DNA from: Raillietiella orientalis
Taxonomy: Eukaryota
DNA length: 64,000 nucleotides
Direction of reading: 5' to 3'
NCBI GenBank assembly: GCA_036172245.1
Contig: JAYWIR010000012.1
Span: forward strand, 2,604,001 to 2,668,000
Of the stretch, positions 51,170 through 64,000 are shown piece by piece. The notes under the pieces were generated by a model that saw only the letters and a program-made list of their open reading frames with translations, was not told the origin of the DNA and made no database searches. The position numbers and the translations under genes were made by a program. Position 1 is the first letter of the stretch; each line of letters begins with the position of its first letter.

Positions 51170-51690
51170 GCATGTTCTCCAGAGTCTTAAGAGGCGCGCT
51201 GCTCCCTTCGGGGCATAGCCCTTCACAGAGAAATGTGGAAGTGTCCCATCGGGATTCTCTTCAGAGGACCAGGAACAAGGAGAAGTTCCCTTGAGGGTTC
51301 CCTCCGGAGATGAAATTCGGGAGCAGATTCTTCCCGGTTTCACTTCGGGGGAGAACTGAGAAGTGGCCACCTTCCCAGGGGTCCAACCGAAGTGAAGAGG
51401 GAAAAGTTTTTTTCCGGAGACCACCAGGGCGGGGGTTCTCCTACCAAGCGTAAGAGGAACGGACTCCTTCCTCCGAAACCTTCCTGGATGCATGGGTGGT
51501 CCCCTCCCAGGGTACCTTCTATAACTTGAAGAGTCACACACACCCTCGGGTGGCGTAGACAGTGTTTAAAGAGCTTTGTGAACCTCTCCCCCCCCCCCCC
51601 CCCACTGAGGAGGCGAACGGTTCCTCAGTGCTTGGCGAACCAAAAACTGGAAGAAAAGAAGCGAAAACAAAAACCCAAACGGATTTCCAT
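51170..51690 (+). mobile_element. SINE-like element, 3' portion
   Basis: GCGTAAGAGGAACGGACTCCTTCC, TATAACTTGAAGAGT, CACCCTCGGGTGGCGTAGACAGTGTTTAAAGAGC, GGAGGCGAACGGTTC and an A-rich tail shared with the other copies. Confidence 0.72.
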
Positions 51691-51699
51691 CACATGAGA

Positions 51700-52542
51700 G
51701 TCCACGGACCCAATACTTACTTTTTTGCTGCGTAGCAGCCGTGGGTAACTCGGAAAGTGACGGACGCTCCTACCCCGAGTGTCCCACTCCGCGGACTTGT
51801 ACGCTGGGGGAGCTGCTCGATATCCATCCAGAGGAGGTGGAGTGTCCCCCAGCGTGCCGGAACAGCGACATCCTCCCCCTAAATCGTTGGCAGGAGTTGG
51901 CGCTGCTGGTGGTGCATGGGGGAATCCCGTGAAAAACGCGCCTTCACCACTGGGCACGGGGAGCGTGGACGCTCAGAGTGGGGCATGTGCAGGAAGGATG
52001 AGACCCTCCCGCACTTGCTGTTGGATTGTGCCGCCCTCCGACCCCTTTGGGATCGCCTTGCGACGATCCTAGGAATCCCGGAGGGCGGTTCCAGGGGCAT
52101 TTCCAAGCGCCTCTTCGTGTATGGTGCCGCACTGCCGCCATCCGCGTGAGTCCCTCGCAGTTCTCTGAGGTCTCTGCGGGATCGTGACGGTCTGGAACGA
52201 GGAGGGAAGAGGCCGAAATGTCAGGGACGCCATCCGCTGGGAGTGGATCTTCCTGAAGACCGCCTCGAGATGGCCCCACATGGCAGGACACGAACGCAAC
52301 TTGAACAGGATGCAGTGGACTCCTGGAAGCGTATCGTGACCCTCTCCTCGTAAAAATTCCCCTCCCCTGTTTTATTTGTCTGTTTTTTTTATTTTTGTTT
52401 TCCCTTGCTCCACTCTGCCGAAGTGGACCTCGCCGGCCTATCGCACCGGCATTCGGCAGGTTCATTGCACGTGGTAGAACCAACGGTTCCACCAAACCAA
52501 TTGTGGCTTCATGTAAGAAATGCCCCGTCATGACCCGGTGAT
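51700..52542 (+). mobile_element. second copy of the same LINE 3' end (frameshifted)
   Basis: ELALLVVHGGIP...GMCRKDETLPHLLLDCAALRPLWDRLATILGIP...KRLFV aligns with the 25.0-25.5 kb ORF, and the 3' UTR is shared. Confidence 0.75.
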
Positions 52543-52699
52543 GATCACACGAAAGTTCGACGCGAACTTCACATGCGGGAGTGGCAAGCTTCACATGATT
52601 TAGAGAAGGCGTAGGATCGAGAGGATTATATTTCACGCCTCTTAGCTGAACCAGTGCAAAAGAACAACACTGTTAATCGAATTATGCTGTAGTGGAGAT

Positions 52700-54600
52700 A
52701 ATGGAGATTGCATGATGAATCGAGATCAGCAGCTGTGGAGTTGTTTTTTCCTGTCAGGTGAGCATTGTCGAGAAGAGTGTTCCTTCCCGTTTGGAATGAG
52801 GGGGAAGGGGTATCAGAGTAGGAAGCGTGCATGATGTGGGAAGAGGGAGTCAATGTCCAGTTCACTTTTTTCTGGAACAGGACGAAAGAGGAAGGAGCTT
52901 GACATGAGTGATGGACTGATTGTCCTTCTTGTTACGACGCGGCTTTGCCGGCTTGATGCATCACAGAAGGATCATGTGACGAAGAAGTGAAGATCCATAG
53001 GTTTCTTAGAGTAGAAGAGCTGCCGCACACTGCATGTGCTTAGGAAAAAACATGGACGCACAGCAAGCTGCAAGTTTCGGGACGTGCACTCCGGATGGCT
53101 GCATGGAAACCTTCGCATTCTTCGGGTCGGTCGGACTCTTCAGCCTGATCGCTTGGAAGTCCTTCCGGCTCCCACAGAGTGAAGAGCCATTTGCATTGCT
53201 TGTGCAGGAAGGCTGCAACAGGAAGCTCCCGCTGTTTTGGCTGCAGACACATACAGATATCTGCACTCTCCTCTGCCCTTCCCGGACGCTTCTCCCTGGC
53301 TCAAATCCAGAAGGATGAAACCGTGGTCGACTCCTCGCGGCTTCTCGAAGATGGGCCCCATCAGCAGGGGAAAGAACTCTGCTGCAGGTGAACCCACGAT
53401 CCAACTTTTACTTTCTCGTGGCGGGATTGCATTTCGAGATGTGCGCGTACCAGCATCTCGGGAGATTTTTGCGTTTTGATTTTGCGAGGACACCGCGAGA
53501 TTTTCGAATTCTCCTGTGCAAAGAAATCCAGTGGACGGAGGATGGACCAACTCTTCTAAAGGAAGGGTTCTCTGCCGAAACTCTACCACCCTGCTAGCCC
53601 GCTCTGGAGGCCGTGCAGCGACGACGTCCCCGCTGCCCCAGGAGTCTCGGATCCAAATGCCCCTTGAGGGATTCTTCACCCAGTCACGCAGGGTCGTTTG
53701 TTCAGGAAGGCAAATGAATGAACTAGCTGGAAACGTAGTTCCTAAAGGAGAACCAAACGAAGTTTCAGGGAAGGGGAGGGGAGAGGAATAAGGTTCCACC
53801 GACACGCAGCTTGGTCACTCGAAAAGCCCGGAAAGAGTGGGAGGGTATAATCGAGGGAGGGTGGAGACACGGGTCTTTGGTTTCGTCTTCTCCTTCGTTC
53901 TAGAATCGGATCAGGATGCCAAGGATTTCCGTTTTGACTTCTTGCCGGCGAAGCCACGTGGCAGCCGTCCTCATGTAGGTGGCTCATGTTAGTGACCTCT
54001 CCCCGCTGCAAATGCTCCACCAATACATGGCAGACAGTGACGATGTCGCGGATGTAACATTCCGTTGCAATGTCGGTTCCTGCCGAGAGTCCTCCGCGCG
54101 CGAGGAATCGCAGCAGCAGGTCCCTTGCAGTGTCTTCCGCAAAAGGCAGGAGCGCTTCCCCTGCCGCATTGCACGGAAAAAACACTTTAGTGCAACAGCG
54201 ATGGAGCAAGTCGAGGATGCAGAACCCCGAGAAACGAGATTCAGTGCTGGCTGCACTGTAAAGTGCAAAAACATCAGCACCTGGTGCATCCATTTCATGG
54301 GGAACACCGAAGTGTTCCAACACAAAGGAGGAACCAATTGTTCTTCAGGGGCCACGCGGAGCAGTTCTTGCCACCGAAGGAATTCCTTCGCTCGTTAACG
54401 AAAAGCGGGGTGGCGTCCACCGGCTCGTTCGTCTTCCAGCTGTGCAGGAGTTTTGCAACTCCCATCCCGCCGGTTGGCAACTGTCGTCGTTTGCCCCCCT
54501 TAGGGCAGAGCAGACAGCTCAGCAGCAAGTTTTGTCGAGCACAGACTGGACCGTTTCGTCGCATCCTGAAGTACCTGTTCCAATGAGTGGTTCAGGAAAG
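52700..54600 (-). pseudogene. decayed L1/Tx1-like ORF2 (reverse transcriptase region)
   Basis: Motif remnants occur in the expected order across frameshifts: PLFVNE..SF (LDxxKAF), LEHFGVP..WM..LYSAAST, CYIRDIV (YADD), W..RTLPL, CLQPK...KWLFTLW. Confidence 0.55.
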
Positions 54601-54724
54601 TCTCAGGGAGCGAAGTTAGTTACCCATGTTGTATCGACGCCGAGTTGAATGCGTCGCGGGCTTCTAGTTCCCACTGCTAGATGACGCCAGGACGCCTCGG
54701 ACTTCGCGAGGGCGTCGGTAGGAT

Positions 54725-54860
54725 GCGCTCGCATCCGCGGCCGGATGCTCCCCGAATGGAAGACTTGTGAACCGCCATGGGGCGAAGGGTTCATAAGTAC
54801 TTGGAGAACCAAAACAAAGAAAAAAAAAACAAAAAAAGGAGAGAAAAAGGAAAAAGCTGG
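54725..54860 (+). mobile_element. SINE-like 3'-terminal fragment with A-rich tail
   Basis: TTGTGAACC...GGCGAAGGGTTCATAAGTACTTGGAGAACCAAAA resembles 51575-51646. Confidence 0.45.
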
Positions 54861-55739
54861 AAGCAGTAAAAATGCACCAGGATCGCCAACAGCAAGATGT
54901 AGAGGTACGTTTCATTTCTTATAACTAAAGGTACGGAGAGCGCATATTAATTTTTACTAGCTGTTCTGAGAACTGCTGCAATTTCTTCAGAAGCGGTCAG
55001 GAGTCAGCATGATCGTGCCTATTTGTTACGTCTGTGAAGCCTCTGAACTGCCTCTGGAAAAGCACGGGTAGAAGAATGCGTTATTTATCACAGCTACACA
55101 GAGGACCTCCCATACCTCCCACCACTAATGGGGAGTCCTAAAGGGCGTTTGGCAGATCCATCCTTCGCAGGTCACTGGATTGCCCCTTCCGACGGATTCG
55201 TAGCTCAAGGGAGGTGCCGTCCTCCCGAAGTCTTTTGGATTTCTTTGGAGTTTTGCGGTCCAAAGAAACGGTTGCTCCGAGGAATGGAGTTTTCACGATT
55301 CCCTGCGCCTCCTCACGTTCCTGTGAATCGCTGCCATTATCGAAGACATATCGTTCTTTAGTAACTCACCTTCTCCCGGTCTGCCCTATCCAAAAGCGCG
55401 ACCTTGCAGCATTCAGCTGTGTTTCGGATGAATAGGGATGCAGTGCCCAGCGGTTTTCACCCGTTGGTGCCGGGGCGTTTATTCTATAAAAACAAACAAA
55501 CAAGTCGGGAAGACAGTCCCCTCCCCCCCTCTTCGCCAGAAAAACAGGAAGTTCAGAGACAAGGTTGCGCAGGACACGCAGGTCGGCTACCGGAGCAGTC
55601 CGGAACGGGAGGAAAGGGGACGGCAAATCAATGTATCAATCGAAGCAGAAGGGTGGGGACAAAGGTCTTCGGTTGGGGTCGCTTCTTCTTGCTGAGTACC
55701 GGCGCGGGATGACGGCGATCTCCAGCTCGACCTCTTCCA

Positions 55740-56430
55740 GGTGAGACCACCTCGCCTGCGCCCTCGTTTAGGCGGCTGCCATGACACTGCCCGCCGTGCC
55801 TTCGCCGCGTCCGAGGCACGGCGGGCAGTGACGGTGGCGCGGATGCTGCGCATCGCCGCAATCCCGGCGCCGGTCCAGAGAGAAGACTCGCCGCAGCAAG
55901 TGCTTGTCGCGGTGCCGGGGCGCTGAAGACAGACGCCGCCACGGTTCCCGGACTGCGCCGCGGTCGAAAAACCAGTCCGGAAGTGTTGGGGCGAACCAGC
56001 TGCAGGTTCGCACGCTGGTTGCGCTGGAAACGCCAGTGCGGAAACAGCCGGCCATCCCGTTTCCACCTCAAGGGAATACCGCAGTGTTCACGCGGGAAGG
56101 AGGGACGACGAGTTGTTCGGAGAGGGGGAGAAACACGGCCGGCGGTTCGCTGCACCGAAGGAGTCCCTCCGCCTGGGGGCGAGGATTGAGCGGCGTTCAC
56201 CAGCTCGCTCGGAGTTCGTCCAGTCACGCAGGAGTTTGGTCGCTCCTGCAGCGATGCAGGGCAACTCCCAGCCCGCTTGCCATCAGGGAAGACGGCGCTG
56301 CGGCAAGGGCTGTGGCGACCGAGCGGGCCACCTGTGGCAGCAATCGGAGCTGCCGATGTTGCACTGGGGATTCCCGTGTCATGTGCTGCGTCACCACTGG
56401 ACGAAACGACCTGCCCTCGCCCCGATCTAA
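55740..56430 (+). mobile_element. decayed fragment related to the same LINE C-terminus
   Basis: ELPMLHWGFPCHVLRHHWTKR parallels ESALLLLHWDLLCNARRSHWTRG. The 5' boundary is uncertain. Confidence 0.45.
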
Positions 56431-57734
56431 GTCAGCTGGCCACACAAGTCCCTAAGAGTGGGAGCTGCTTGCTCTTTCCTCTTCATACCAAAGAAAAAAT
56501 GGTCTAGAATTCTCTTTTTCCCTCTTTCCCCCCTCCCGAGGGAACGAGCAGTAGCTGCAGGTAATTCCTCAGCTGCAAGTCAAGTAGCCGCTGGAATAAT
56601 AACCTCCTCTTTGGGGAGACATGGAAACGCCGCTTTTCGCACTCTCAGCTTGAAGGCATAGCATTGCAGGGCGGGACCATGCGTTGGAGAGCTCGATGAC
56701 TTCCTGAATTCCTGAGGCCCTCGGACTCCCAAATGTGCAGAGCACGAAGAGAGCCGAGAGCCGAAATTCTGGTCGCTTCCTGTCATTTTTATTCTTCCCC
56801 CTCTCCATCCTCTTCCCGCCGTCCGACGTAGCCTCCTGGCAGGAACCAGAGAAGAATTCTGCACCGCATCCCCAACACCCTGGCTGCACTAGCAGTGCAG
56901 TGCCATTCGGCAGCAAAGCCAATCCGCGTCTTGGATTTGCAGCTGCTGGGGTCTGGTGCTGCGTGGCTCCAGCATGGTGGTCATGCTGTCATAGTGGTGT
57001 TGGTCAGCAACTCCTGGTGGAAGAAGCGGCCCGAGGATCCCAAGTCTACTCGAAGTTTCGGATTTCTTCGAAATCCAGAATGCTTGCTTTCTGGAGTTTG
57101 AAGCCGTGGAGCTGACCTTGCTGCAAGGGCTTCGCGAACGTGGGAGGCTGTGGACTAGATGGTGCTCGCTGCAGACTCAATGGGCTACGTCTAATTCGTT
57201 CTCTTTGCCGCTCCTTCGTTGGATAGCTTTTTCCACATAAGAAGGACAAGTGCGGTGCTCCGACTTAGTTGAACACCATTGCCAAACCGGAGATGTACTT
57301 AGTGACCTCAAGGATTCGAAGTGCGCTGAACAACTAACACGGAACGAGGCACCCAAGAACAACTGTGGACAGACCTCGGTGGCCATGTCCCTTCCTTCTC
57401 TCCCCCTCCTTATGCAGGTTCTCGGAATTTGCTAGCAGCGAGAGGTGGATTTTCTGAACCATTTGCCCTCCTATTTCACAAGTTACTCCCTCCCAAGCAC
57501 TACGTCACCGTGAGGTTTTTTTCTCGTAGATTTCCATCAGGTGGAGTCGCGCACTCTTCCACGCTTTTGTGTATCCAATGCCGGCACACATCCCGGCGCA
57601 TCGGAGCCAACAAGACACTTGGATTTGAGTTGGAGCAACCAAAAGAGTTTTCATCGAGGGTTATGTTACTGAGGATTGTGAAGCAGGCGTGAACAGACAC
57701 ACCAGACAGGGACCCCCTCGAGGGGGAACCCTCC

Positions 57735-58110
57735 ATCGCATACCACGGAGCTGGTTAATACCTCTTCAGAGTGTCAACAAGTGCGCTGCTTTCTTCGTGG
57801 AGTGACCTCCGAGATTCTCTTCAGAGAAGTAAACAACAAGCGGTTCCCTTCGGAGAAGAAATCGGGAGTGGTTTCTCCGGAGAGAATAAGGAAGAGGTCT
57901 TTTCGAGGCCCTCCTACGAAGCGTAAGAGGAACGGACTCCTTCCTTGGAGCCTCCATGGAGTCATAGGGTGGCCTCCTCCCAGAGGCCCGGTGGCCTCCC
58001 CCCTGTAACTTGAAGAGGTGATACGCGCCCTTGGGTCGAGTGGACAGCGTTAAAGAGCTTCGCGAGCCCTTCGGTTCTTCAGCGCCTAATGAACCGAAAG
58101 AAGATCTGGA
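57735..58110 (+). mobile_element. SINE-like element, 3' portion
   Basis: GGAGCTGGTTAATACC, GCGTAAGAGGAACGGACTCCTTCC, TAACTTGAAGAGG, CAGCGTTAAAGAGCTTCG. Confidence 0.68.
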
Positions 58111-60184
58111 AGATGTGTGATTTTCGGACACATACGATGCGGTCCCGTCCGTTGTCGCTAGTCGTACCCACGTATGATCTGAGAAATTTATCTGACTGTG
58201 GCGCGAGAAAGAGACTTCGATCACTGATAATGGCCAAAATTTGCATGCCTCATCCTTTTAAAAGAGGAGAAAGGTAAAGTCGGATTCCTAGCCAGAGCCC
58301 AAGATGAACACACCCTGCTCACGGGGTACCGCTGACCAAAGGATGATTTCCTGCTTGTAACAGAAGGCGTCCATGTTAGAGTGGCTGCTGACAAAGTGTT
58401 TCAAGTGTTTGCGTCTTGACAGATCTACGGAATACGCAGCATCTCTTTTTCAATGAAACATGACCTCTCGACTTTCTCTCGGATGATAAACACGATCGCG
58501 ACTTCTATTGTTCAGAACGCTTCATCATGCAAGACACATCTGGTCATCGGAGTCACTGATGTCCAGTCTTGTTCCTCACAACGACTGTGGCACCATGGTG
58601 ACATGCTTCGGCACGTTTTCACGTGTTTACGAGTCCCAGAGAGCGCTTGTCTTGATTTAGCGTTTACCCTTAAGAAATATAAGAATGCTGTTCCTTCGTT
58701 CAGCTTTCTTTTCCAAATTCTTGTGCTCTTACAATGCGCCCCGCTCACAGCAAGACGCTACGTACACTGAATAATTGCGAAACGGGAAGGTTTACACCAC
58801 CTGAGCTCTCGGGACAATCTTGAATGCAACTGCGTCTTGATCTCATTATGGATCACTGAAGTGCTTAAGAACTAATTGTACCGAACTGAAAGTAGCCGTC
58901 TTACAAGAAGATTCGTACCATTAGTTTGATAAAAAGCAAGAGGGATAATCTGGACTTTGGAAGCCCCGAAAGTCTCAAGTAGGGATCAGATTCTAGGGTC
59001 TTGATTTTCAGAGTGAGCTTACAGGTCTAATCGTGCCTGCAGATGCTACTAGGAATGAAAAGCTAATTTGCCAGCTGCTCTCCGAAGCATCTAGAATTAA
59101 CAACGACACCCCGTGTCAAACCAAAGGGAGGATCACAAAGAGCTGAATTCTGAGAGAGGACGGTAGGTGGCGTGCACTTGGAATCCACAAACATCTGCTC
59201 GCATTCTGTCAGCTTCTTATCTACGGGAGTCAGAATGGATCCAAGCTGAGGGAATAGCAGACCCACGAAAGCGACGCCAGCCTCCTTCGAGGTGGAGGAT
59301 TTGGTCTACTCGAACGGCGAGGAGTTTGGAGACCACCAGCAGGAGTTTCCGCGTTCAAACCGCCATGAGGTCGTTTCCGGAGCAGCAGGGGAAACCGCAG
59401 GATCTCTGCTGCGCATTTACACGGGAGAAATGTTCTAAATGTGTCTTCTGTTTGTCAGTTTGAGAGGAGAAGCGATATCCTCACGTACTGTCATGCAACT
59501 GTCATTAGGTGTACACGGGGCTCAGTGAGCTCGAGTGAATCTGTCAATGTGCTCTGGGGCTTTCCGTGACTCCTGAGATCATCAGCATCACGGATCGTTA
59601 GCAATTATTCGGGGTACGAAGCGGAAAATCACTTGTGTGATTTGGGGTTACCTGGGGTACAGGAGTGCTTTTTCCCTAGTAACCATGGCTTTCTTATGGC
59701 AGCGCTATTTGGGAACGAGGGGGGGGGGGGAGAAAGGGGAGGGGGAGAAGACGAAAAAAACAGCCTCGACAGAAGACGAAATCTCATAGCATCCGTCTTT
59801 TGAGGAGGATGGGACAGAGTAAGCAAAAGTACGGGAGGAGAAATCCCGTTGCTATGGAACCGGTGCTGCAGTCGCACCAGGACTTTTCATCTCGAATAAA
59901 CGCCGTCCGTTCCCCGCCGATCTCGGACGTGGCCTGCCCACGCTGATAAGCGTTTCGGTCGTTGAGATAACGTCGAAGACGAAAGCTTTGTTTCGATCTT
60001 CGTGCAGCTCTGGTCGGGCGAAGAGCGGGAGAGGAGCAGGTGCGTGGACTGGGGGAAGAGCACTTCTTCCGGTTGTTCTCTTGCTGTGCGGCGGTGGCGC
60101 CAGCACCACGCCCCGTGGTGGTGAAATTCAGAGGTGGGGGAAGGGTGTGGGGGGGGGGGGGAAGCTGCGATTTGCTCCTTGCGG

Positions 60185-60377
60185 TCCTTTTATTTTTCTC
60201 CTTTTTGTTCGTACCCCCCCTTCACCTATGCTGCTGAGACGAACCTCGCCGGCCTGCGCGCCGGTTCTCGGCATTTTCCTTCCGTATATCCACATGTAAC
60301 GTGGCAGGATCACGCATCCTGACACTTCCCTGTGTGTTTATTTTTCGAATCAATGCCCCGGCGTGACCGGGTGTCAA
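60185..60377 (+). mobile_element. 3'-UTR-only copy of the same LINE family
   Basis: T-rich tract, CTGCTGAGACGAACCTCGCCGGCCTGCGCGCCGGTTCTCGGCA, and terminal CCCGGCGTGACCGGGTG. Confidence 0.65.
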
Positions 60378-61224
60378 GCGAACAGTTCCTGTCTTCGGGC
60401 GAAGCTGCGGCCGTGCCGGCACGCTCCAGTCGCCATCACGCGCAGCCGGATCAAAGAATTCGTTCCTGAGGAATCCCCGGATGGTGCCGGATCCCACCTG
60501 CCACCTCTCCCCCCTTCCGAAGATCCGCTGATTCCCCTCTTCGTGTTTGCGCGGAAATCAGACCAGGGGGCGTTCCGAGTGGTTTTTTCCGAAAGCGCGC
60601 TCTCTGTGCACGTGTGCGTGCGTGTGTTTTCTCTGCTGATTAGCGATCTCTTCATCAGGGAGAGCTCGCTGGCAACTAACAACGAGAAGAAGAAACGATA
60701 TCCCTCGATTATTTGGAAGCATCGCTCGTGTTTGTGCTCCTTTTGATTAAACTCTCCGTCGAAATCCGTGCCATCCCGCTGATAGGAAAATGCGCTCCGA
60801 TGCGGAGGAAGAGAAGTTCGTCCGGGTAAAAAAAAAAAAAAAAAAAAATGAAAAAGCGACTGGAATTACGAAGTTGCTGATGGCTAATCAGATGGAAACC
60901 GGATTAAACGGTTTCTGTTTTCGATTGATTCCTGTATCGCAAAAGAGCTTGCTGCCACGAATACTAAGCAAACAGTGTTTGTAATGCGGTCTGGGCGGGA
61001 ATCGCGCCTACCCAGCTTAGGTGGATCAATATGCTCACGGGGCAGCGGAGATAACAGCCTCTTCTGTGCTGAGGCGATTCTCGTGTTTCTTTTCTTTTTT
61101 TTTCTTTTGAGCACTCCCCGGGTTGCGAACGCTCTTCATCTCGGAGAACCCGGAAATACGAAGCATTCGATCCGGGATTCTCAGAATGGATGCAACTTGC
61201 TCCTGGTTACTGAATCTGGGAAAA

Positions 61225-61923
61225 TTTGGTTTGCTAAGTACTGAATAATCCTTAGGGAAAGGATTTCGTTTCATCCTCAGGGGAGGAAGGAGGAGGCATG
61301 GACGAAGCTCTCTAACACTGCCCACGCCACCCGAGGGTGTGTGTAACTCATCAAGTTATAGGGACCACACTACGAGTCCAGGAAGGCTCCGGAGAAAGGA
61401 AATTCCTTCCTCTCACTCTTGGGAAGGGAATCTCTTCCTTATCCTCTCTGGAGGGACCACCCGAAAGGGGAACACTCCTCATTTCTTCTCCGAAGGGAAC
61501 TGGGAAAGGATGCGCTCCTCGTTTCCTCCTTGGGAGAGAGCCCCAAAGGGAGCAGAGCGCTTCTTACGCTCCGGAGAGGTGATCCTCAAGGGGGGTATTG
61601 GCCAGCTCTGTGCTACGCGATGAAGGGAAATGGAGCCGTTCTCTTAGGGAAGGACGGCATCATTTCCCCAACCCGAAGGAAACGCCGGAGGGCTCCTCGA
61701 TTCCTGGGTCGACTTCCAATCCCGGTCAGTCGACGGGGACATCCGGCTTCCACCAATGCACCGCACTTGAAGTCTATAAGGCCAACCAGTGTCGTCCTGC
61801 GGAGAAGGGAGGTACTCGAAATCCAAGACGAACTCCCCGTTCTCGATTCTTTCCCTGCGCGGGATTCGAACCCGCAATGCTTGGAGCTGCACTCGAAGAC
61901 CGCGGCCACGCGGCTGCCGACGC
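61225..61923 (-). mobile_element. tRNA-derived SINE-like element, full-length copy
   Basis: On the minus strand, perfect T-arm GCGGG-TTCGAAT-CCCGC, then the same body blocks as the 21.3-kb copy and 3' end CACCCTCGGGTGGCG...GTTAGAGAGCTTCG...CAGTACTTAGCAAACCAAA. Confidence 0.75.
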
Positions 61924-61999
61924 GCACCTCCGGGTTCAGGAGAGGAAAATTTGCGAGACGTCCCACCTGCTCTCAAAAGGAGAAAGCTGCCTTCGGTCT

Positions 62000-63950
62000 C
62001 GCGAAGCTGGACCTTTCCATCTTCCTCGTCCCGGATCGCGGGACCGAACACCCAAAGCAGGCGAACTCCATCAGCACAGGAGAGGAACCGAGGGAAGGTG
62101 CGTTCACGGACCCTGGCTGGTTCCCGATCGGCTACTCTACTCCTCGTTTTCCAGGTTCCTCCAGCCGGAGAATCCGCCCGCCCGTTTGGGAAGCGACCCT
62201 TTTCATTCCCCTGAGTCGACGCAGCACGGCACCACGGAACATATGGTTCGGAGTATCCGGGCTGAAGATCGCCTCCGGGCGTTCCAACCCAGCTGCCCGG
62301 TGCTGAGTTTTCCCCGGACCACAACACCCACGCTCCGTCCCCAAATGTTCGCCTTGAACTTCCTGGTCTTCGTCTTCGCTTTCTTGGCCGACATGCCAGG
62401 GCGACTCATTGAGAGGAACTTCCACGTCCGCCGAACGCGTCTCCTCTTGTAAGGGTTCTAGAGGATCGGCTTGGACGTGGTTCAGGAGGTGCATTCGACG
62501 GATGTTCTTGCTGTATCTGATGTTGGGTGACCCCACTGAACTCCCTAGCAGGCTGGCTTAAGATGGTCAAGGGATTCTCCAAATCTTGAGCGGTTTCCTC
62601 TGATCCAGCATTGACGCTTCCTGGGTGTTCTCGAGAGGGCGTTCCACGCCCAGATTGGTTGGTCGATCTCTTCTTCGTGACAGGAGGTTACGGTAAGAGG
62701 GGATCACGACGTGGTCTCACCAAGAACTAGGGAGGGAGCGAGAGTGGGGAAACAGACTCAATAAATAAACAAATAAGGGTGGCATACACTAGGCTCATAG
62801 TTCCAGAGGGTCTGAGGTGGACTGGGGCGGGAAAGGAGGAAATGGGGCGCTGTCGCCGGAGGCGAGGTCGCTCTGTGCGGCATCACCATCTTCGGCTCGT
62901 CGAGAGCCACAGCGTCGTCGCTCTTGAAGTCCCGCAGGATCCGGTTGAACATCACGTTGCGGTCGGCAACAAACGGAGTCTCTCACTCTCCCTCCGGGTG
63001 CAGCCTTTGGAAGGATAATCTCCTCAAGCATCTTGTCCACTCCCCAGGAGCCTGGGAGATGCGATCTTGTTTCGTGAAGTCCAGTGGCATCCAAGCCTGG
63101 CCGCGGCTGAAACCGATCCTGAGGAACACTCTGCAGAAGCAGCTCGTGGTGACGTCGACATGGTCCTCATCCTCGAGCAACAGTTTCAACAATCTAAGGG
63201 TAGACTCGAGCAGCTCCCTTACACCCACGACAGCGGAATTCCGGTTTGCCCCAGGCCTGTTCGTGTTCATAGTGCAGGAAGGCGTGCACTTGCGGTCTTC
63301 CTCCAGCGAGCTGGAGGTCTTCGCGTTGACGCGCCCTATTTCGGAGTGCACCTCCTCCAGATCTGCCTCGACTACGCACTACAACCTCGCTGTGCACTAC
63401 AGCCGCCTCAAAACCACCGGGGAACAGCAATTCCAGGCTTCGGTTTAGCTCTTTGCTGTCTCTCCGGTGGGCTCCTGGTGATCGATCCCAAACGCGACAG
63501 CTCGGCAGCGTCGATCCTGAGTGGATGCCTGGCGTAGCGCAATTGGATGGACAAGGGAAACCACCGCCTCGTGTCCGCAGTGGTCCCGGAGCTTTCTTAA
63601 GTGCGATGTCCTAGTTCGAGCCACCTCTTCGCACGAGGACGGAGGCAGTTCCTTTGGATGGTGGCCACGCTCTTCTTCCATTTTTGGAGATCACAGTCTC
63701 CCGCGTGCAGGGCAGAAGATCGCCGGGAGGGCAGGGAATTGGCAAGCCCGAAGGAGAGAACATTCTTTCAAGCAGATCCTGGGGCAGCAGCAGCTTTGCA
63801 GCTAAGTAAAACGAGCGTCAACACGAACGCGTCATCCTGTAAAATCATTGGAATGTGAGGAGGGTTCCTTCCGGGTCACGCCGAGGCGTTTTTTTCATCA
63901 AAAGATAAACATTGAGAAGAAAACATTGGGTCGCCACCGAGTCCGGCAAT
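62000..63950 (-). pseudogene. decayed L1/Tx1-like reverse transcriptase
   Basis: WMPLDFTKQDRISQ resembles LDFxKAFDRxSH; weaker motif remnants flank it; many stops and frameshifts. Confidence 0.45.
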
Positions 63951-64000
63951 TCTTGGGAGGGAGGTGGGGTGCTGACGAGCTCCACAATGGGAACGGAAGG

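Noticed and set aside
51555..51575. piggyBac-type TTAA terminus at CAGTGTTTAAAGAGC
   Set aside because: Similarity between copies continues well past the TTAA, and no matching inverted repeat is seen at the other end.

Overview
This is eukaryotic genomic DNA, most likely from an invertebrate animal; the organism cannot be identified from the sequence. The one clear host gene is CNOT1/NOT1 (scaffold of the CCR4-NOT complex) on the minus strand. I reconstructed it by hand as 19 coding exons from ATG 44026 to stop 30580 (7086 nt, 2361 aa), with GT-AG introns and consistent phases. Twelve of its 18 introns are only 39-52 nt, and the 3' half of the CDS lies almost entirely in two giant exons. The gene's 5' part and upstream region (about 36.3-51 kb) are very AT-rich and CpG-poor, while the flanks (1-28 kb, 51-64 kb) are GC-rich and CpG-rich. 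The many long ORFs in the flanks are mostly composition artefacts. Underneath them are heavily decayed non-LTR retrotransposon (L1/Tx1-like) fragments, several copies of a roughly 700-bp tRNA-headed SINE-like family, and a LINE 3'-end family with a covarying stem-loop and no poly(A) tail. One copy of that LINE 3' end sits nested inside a SINE copy. I found no intact tRNA, rRNA, CRISPR array or prokaryotic system, and no clearly new multi-gene system. Transposon relic boundaries are approximate and were called by eye.
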